Shown here: positions 60,681 to 64,000 of the stretch, in pieces
How the letters are laid out: every line of letters begins with the position of its first letter
How positions within the stretch are numbered: position 1 is the stretch's first letter
From: Candidatus Margulisiibacteriota bacterium
GTDB lineage: Bacteria > Margulisbacteria > Riflemargulisbacteria > GWF2-35-9
Reading direction: 5' to 3'
Assembly: GCA_028715625.1 (NCBI GenBank)
Contig: JAQURL010000004.1
Span: forward strand, 2,061-66,060
DNA: 64,000 bases
Program-made: the position numbers and the translations under genes
The notes under the pieces: model-generated
What the model was told of the DNA's origin: nothing
Database searches by the model: none
The model's input: only the letters and a program-made list of their open reading frames with translations

Positions 60681-61487
60681 ATGGGATACACGGTTAAAGC
60701 TCCGGTCACCATCAGAGGGACCGGAATACATTCGGGTAAAACAGCTGAAATAATACTGAATCCAAAGCAAGCTGGAGGAATTGTTTTCAACCTTTCTAAG
60801 GTTAATGTAAAAATACCATTAACTCTGCGCTATATAAAGCCGCAAAACCTTGGAACCAATTTGTTTAAAAACAACCAATGGCTTAAAACTATTGAGCATT
60901 TCCTGGCCGTTTTGTGGTATTTCAGAATAACCGATTTGCAGGTGGAAATAAAAGGTGATGAAGTCCCTATTGCCGATGGAAGCGGATTGCCTATATATGA
61001 AGAAATACAGAAAAAAGGACTGAAAAAGACCGCTACCACTGAAAAGAAACTGATTATCAAAAAACCGGTCGCGGTTTTTTATAATGATTCATATTTGATA
61101 GGGTATCCGGGCAAAGGGCTGAACATCAATTATACAGTCTGCTTTCCTAATAATCCCATACAAACCCAGAACTATATTTTTACGGGAAAAAACAATTTTG
61201 TTGCAGAGGTTTTAGCGGCCAGAACTTTTGGTAATATCGAGGATGTGGAAAAACTGCATCAGTCCGGCCGGGCTCTTGGAGCCAGCATGGAAAACGCATT
61301 AGTCTATAATTCCAAAGGCTATATCACACCACAACGTTTTGCGGGAGAAGCCGTGCGCCATAAGGTTTTGGACCTGTTGGGTGATTTGTACTCATCAGGA
61401 TATTTTGTGCAGGGCAAAATGTTGGCGTACAAGACCAGCCACGTATTAAATAACAAATTTATAAAAAAACTGCTAAAAGCGTCTTAA
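60681..61487 (+). CDS. lpxC: UDP-3-O-acyl-N-acetylglucosamine deacetylase
   Basis: VTIRGTGIHSGK…, …HKVLDLLGDL; 268 aa. Confidence 0.85.
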   Translation: MGYTVKAPVTIRGTGIHSGKTAEIILNPKQAGGIVFNLSKVNVKIPLTLRYIKPQNLGTNLFKNNQWLKTIEHFLAVLWYFRITDLQVEIKGDEVPIADGSGLPIYEEIQKKGLKKTATTEKKLIIKKPVAVFYNDSYLIGYPGKGLNINYTVCFPNNPIQTQNYIFTGKNNFVAEVLAARTFGNIEDVEKLHQSGRALGASMENALVYNSKGYITPQRFAGEAVRHKVLDLLGDLYSSGYFVQGKMLAYKTSHVLNNKFIKKLLKAS

Positions 61488-62533
61488 ATAAGACCGGCAA
61501 TCATATCGCCAACTTCTGACGTTGAATAGCCCATTTTCCCGGCGGACATACTTTCCATTTTGGAAATTGCCGTCATAACTGCCTTTTCAATTGCGGCAGC
61601 GGCTTCTTTTTCGCCCAGATAATCAAGCATCATTTGCCCGGCCATAATGGCTGCGATAGGATTAATTACTCCAAGTCCGGTATATTTGGGGGCGCTACCG
61701 CCAATAGGCTCAAACATGGAAGTACCAACCGGATTTATATTGCCACCGGAAGCTACACCCATTCCGCCCTGTATCATGGCGCCCAGGTCTGTAATAATAT
61801 CGCCGAAAAGATTATCGGTTACAATTACGTCAAACCATTCGGGATTTTTTACAAACCACATAGTTGTAGCATCTACATGGGCATAATCGGTTTCAATTTC
61901 AGGATAATCCTTGGCAACATCATTAAAAGCTCTTTGCCAAAGGTCAAAAGCGTAAGTTAGCACATTGGTTTTTCCAACCAGAGTTACTTTTTTTCTGTTA
62001 TTCTTTTTGGCGTAATCAAAAGCAAAGCGAATACAGCGCTCTACACCTTTTCTGGTATTAATGGATTCCTGTATAGCAACTTCATCGGCAGTACCTTTTT
62101 TTAAAATGCCGCCAGCGCCGACATAGAGACCTTCTGTGTTTTCCCTGACCACGACAAAATCAATCTCTTTCGGACCTTTATTTTTTATAGGAGTTTCTAC
62201 CCCAGGATAAAGTTTTACAGGTCTTAAGTTCACATACTGGTCCAGCTCGAAGCGCAATCGGAGCAGAATTCCTTTTTCCAGTATGCCGGGCTTCACATCA
62301 GGATGTCCGATCGCTCCCAGAAAAACAGCCTTATATTTACGAAGGTTTTCAATATCATTTTCGTTTATGGTTTCACCGGTTTTCAGATAACGTTCACCAC
62401 CGAAATCAAACATGTCAAAAGTAAAGGAAAGGTTATGTTTTTTCCCTGCCGCCTTGAGTACTTTCATACCTTCGGCAATAACTTCTGGTCCTGTCCCGTC
62501 ACCGGGAATAACGGCAATTTTATAGGTCTTCAT
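61484..62533 (-). CDS. 3-isopropylmalate/tartrate dehydrogenase family (LeuB/TtuC-like) NAD-dependent decarboxylating dehydrogenase
   Basis: [13 protein letters not shown], …NLFGDIITD…; no other leu genes are adjacent, so the substrate is uncertain. Confidence 0.7.
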   Translation of the reverse strand: MKTYKIAVIPGDGTGPEVIAEGMKVLKAAGKKHNLSFTFDMFDFGGERYLKTGETINENDIENLRKYKAVFLGAIGHPDVKPGILEKGILLRLRFELDQYVNLRPVKLYPGVETPIKNKGPKEIDFVVVRENTEGLYVGAGGILKKGTADEVAIQESINTRKGVERCIRFAFDYAKKNNRKKVTLVGKTNVLTYAFDLWQRAFNDVAKDYPEIETDYAHVDATTMWFVKNPEWFDVIVTDNLFGDIITDLGAMIQGGMGVASGGNINPVGTSMFEPIGGSAPKYTGLGVINPIAAIMAGQMMLDYLGEKEAAAAIEKAVMTAISKMESMSAGKMGYSTSEVGDMIAGLI

Positions 62534-62612
62534 GTTAGCCTCCTTGAGCTCTGTAGTGTATAGATACTATAAAGGATAGCCAAAATATAGGCAAGATGGT
62601 TTTTGGGAAAAC

Positions 62613-63584
62613 TTAACTGTTTTTACTGAAACGATTACGTAAACGCTTAACGCTTTTTGTCTGCGGAACATTAAATATTTTACTAGGTTTTTTATCCCAG
62701 AAGGTTTGCAGTTTTTCAATTCTTTTTTCTATATCTTTAATAAGGTTATGGTCCAGACCATCTTTTTTATCCAGCACGGCGCCGATAGATAATATCCTTT
62801 TTTCCACTTCGATATCTGAAATGTCTTCAGAGTTTTCATTAACGGTTGAGCCTTCAGCGTAAACATCATTTATATTCAAAGAATTATGTAAATGATTAAA
62901 AAAGTCTTTATCTTTTTGGTCAGGGAACAAATCCAGCACCTCATCATTCTCCAGTTGAATGATCTTGCTGTTTTCTTTTTTTTGCTTATCTGCCGAATCT
63001 TTTTCTTGTTGTTCGTCTGCTTTTTCTTCTTTGCTTTTTACTGTTTCTTTATTTTTATTGTTCTCAGCACCTATAAATTCTTCATGAAATTCTTCGGAAG
63101 AGTTGGGTACAGCATAAATGTCTTCACCCTGCACAATAGTTGCCGCGCTTAACTGTTTTTCAGTATGACCGGGTACAGGCAGATCTTTTTTATTGATATT
63201 CATAACTACTGCATCGTCCATATTTCTGGAGTAACCGTCACCGGACAATTTTTCTTTGCGTAAACTCATTAATATCTGTTTCTGTTGAAATTTTTGTAAG
63301 CGATCCTGTTCAAGGTTATTTATATAGGCCTCTTTTTGCTCAACGATATTTTCATTAGGTTTATAAACAACATTTTCTTCCAAGTCTTTTTGTTCATTAA
63401 TGTTTGTTTGAACTTTTAGGTTGTTTGTATACGAAGCATTGGTATTGTTGGGTGTTAATATTCCTTTCAGGCCTTCAAATATTCGTTCCAAATCAGCCAA
63501 ATTGCTGGCATTCTCGGTTCTTGCCATGTCTGAAGTTGAGGCTAATTGAGCCTGAGTAACTTTAAAAGGATTATTTGTATCCAT
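62613..63584 (-). CDS. Hypothetical acidic low-complexity protein
   Basis: An ORF rich in E/K/D/N residues; no motif. Confidence 0.3.
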   Translation of the reverse strand: MDTNNPFKVTQAQLASTSDMARTENASNLADLERIFEGLKGILTPNNTNASYTNNLKVQTNINEQKDLEENVVYKPNENIVEQKEAYINNLEQDRLQKFQQKQILMSLRKEKLSGDGYSRNMDDAVVMNINKKDLPVPGHTEKQLSAATIVQGEDIYAVPNSSEEFHEEFIGAENNKNKETVKSKEEKADEQQEKDSADKQKKENSKIIQLENDEVLDLFPDQKDKDFFNHLHNSLNINDVYAEGSTVNENSEDISDIEVEKRILSIGAVLDKKDGLDHNLIKDIEKRIEKLQTFWDKKPSKIFNVPQTKSVKRLRNRFSKNS

Positions 63585-63586
63585 AA

Positions 63587-64000
63587 TTATTTATTATAAA
63601 AACCTTCTATTTGGCCGACTTCCCGAAGGGCATTGTTCTCTTTTAGAAATACCATAACCCGTTCGAGTTTGATCAAACTTAATTCTTTATTCAGATAACG
63701 CACCATTTGAGAATACTTCTCAATTGCTTTGTCATTAAGGCCTTTGTCAGCGTAAAAGTCACCAAGGACCTTGAAAGGCAAAGGGGAGTACAAATATTTT
63801 CTTTGCAAAGTTTTAAACAAAGCTTCAGCTTCATTAATGATTTCCTGCCTGTCCGCAGTTTTGGTTTTTTTAACTTGCTGATTATCAATAATAATACTGA
63901 TGATGCCTTTTTCCAGCGGCCTTCTGTTTTTTTTATTAATATACAGAACACAGGCTATGGTTACAAAAAAAAGAATAGTAATAATAATTATATCCAGCAT
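63587..64000 (-). CDS. Hypothetical membrane-anchored protein (ATG at window edge; may extend)
   Basis: An N-terminal TM segment, then a TPR-like helical segment. The start codon sits exactly at position 64000. Confidence 0.3.
   Translation of the reverse strand: MLDIIIITILFFVTIACVLYINKKNRRPLEKGIISIIIDNQQVKKTKTADRQEIINEAEALFKTLQRKYLYSPLPFKVLGDFYADKGLNDKAIEKYSQMVRYLNKELSLIKLERVMVFLKENNALREVGQIEGFYNK

Overview
This window reads as a low-GC (roughly 35-38% by eye) chromosomal segment of a Gram-negative bacterium. A T9SS type-A C-terminal sorting domain on a giant surface protein, two Omp85 paralogs next to a TamB-like protein, skp-lpxD-lpxC, and a type IV pilin suggest an FCB-superphylum-like (Cloacimonadota/Fibrobacterota-like) organism; that placement is inference, not a database hit. 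Most of the window is housekeeping: lepA-hemW, cmk, purU, msrBA, lpxD, lpxC, a GH5 glycosidase, an ABC exporter, and a hybrid histidine kinase followed by three paralogous receiver domains. The most interesting region is an ~10.9 kb, very AT-rich integrative element (38406-49283). It sits in the 3' end of an initiator tRNA-fMet gene (49239-49314, minus strand) and is bounded by a perfect 45-bp direct repeat of the tRNA 3' half. It carries a tyrosine integrase, an AlpA-like excisionase, a Prim-Pol/P4-family primase, a NUMOD4/HNH_3 endonuclease, three chained tiny basic ORFs, an XRE regulator, a C-terminally truncated serine recombinase, a DUF2628 membrane protein with two TPR proteins, two unknown exported proteins, and an FRG-domain protein wedged between int and attR. 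This looks like a phage-satellite-like (PICI/P4-like) island, and its uncharacterised cargo is the best candidate for an undescribed anti-phage or accessory system. Other notable points: a BshC-like/BshB-like/GT2/GT2 operon coexisting with a gshA(T. ferrooxidans-type)-gshB pair; a 1686-aa modular T9SS adhesin followed by a small FadL/PorV-motif OMP; a GC-rich EF-hand protein gene; and an orphan AmmeMemoRadiSam radical SAM gene. No rRNA or CRISPR array was seen, and the only tRNA found is tRNA-fMet (49239-49314) with its 45-bp repeat (attL) at 38406-38450.
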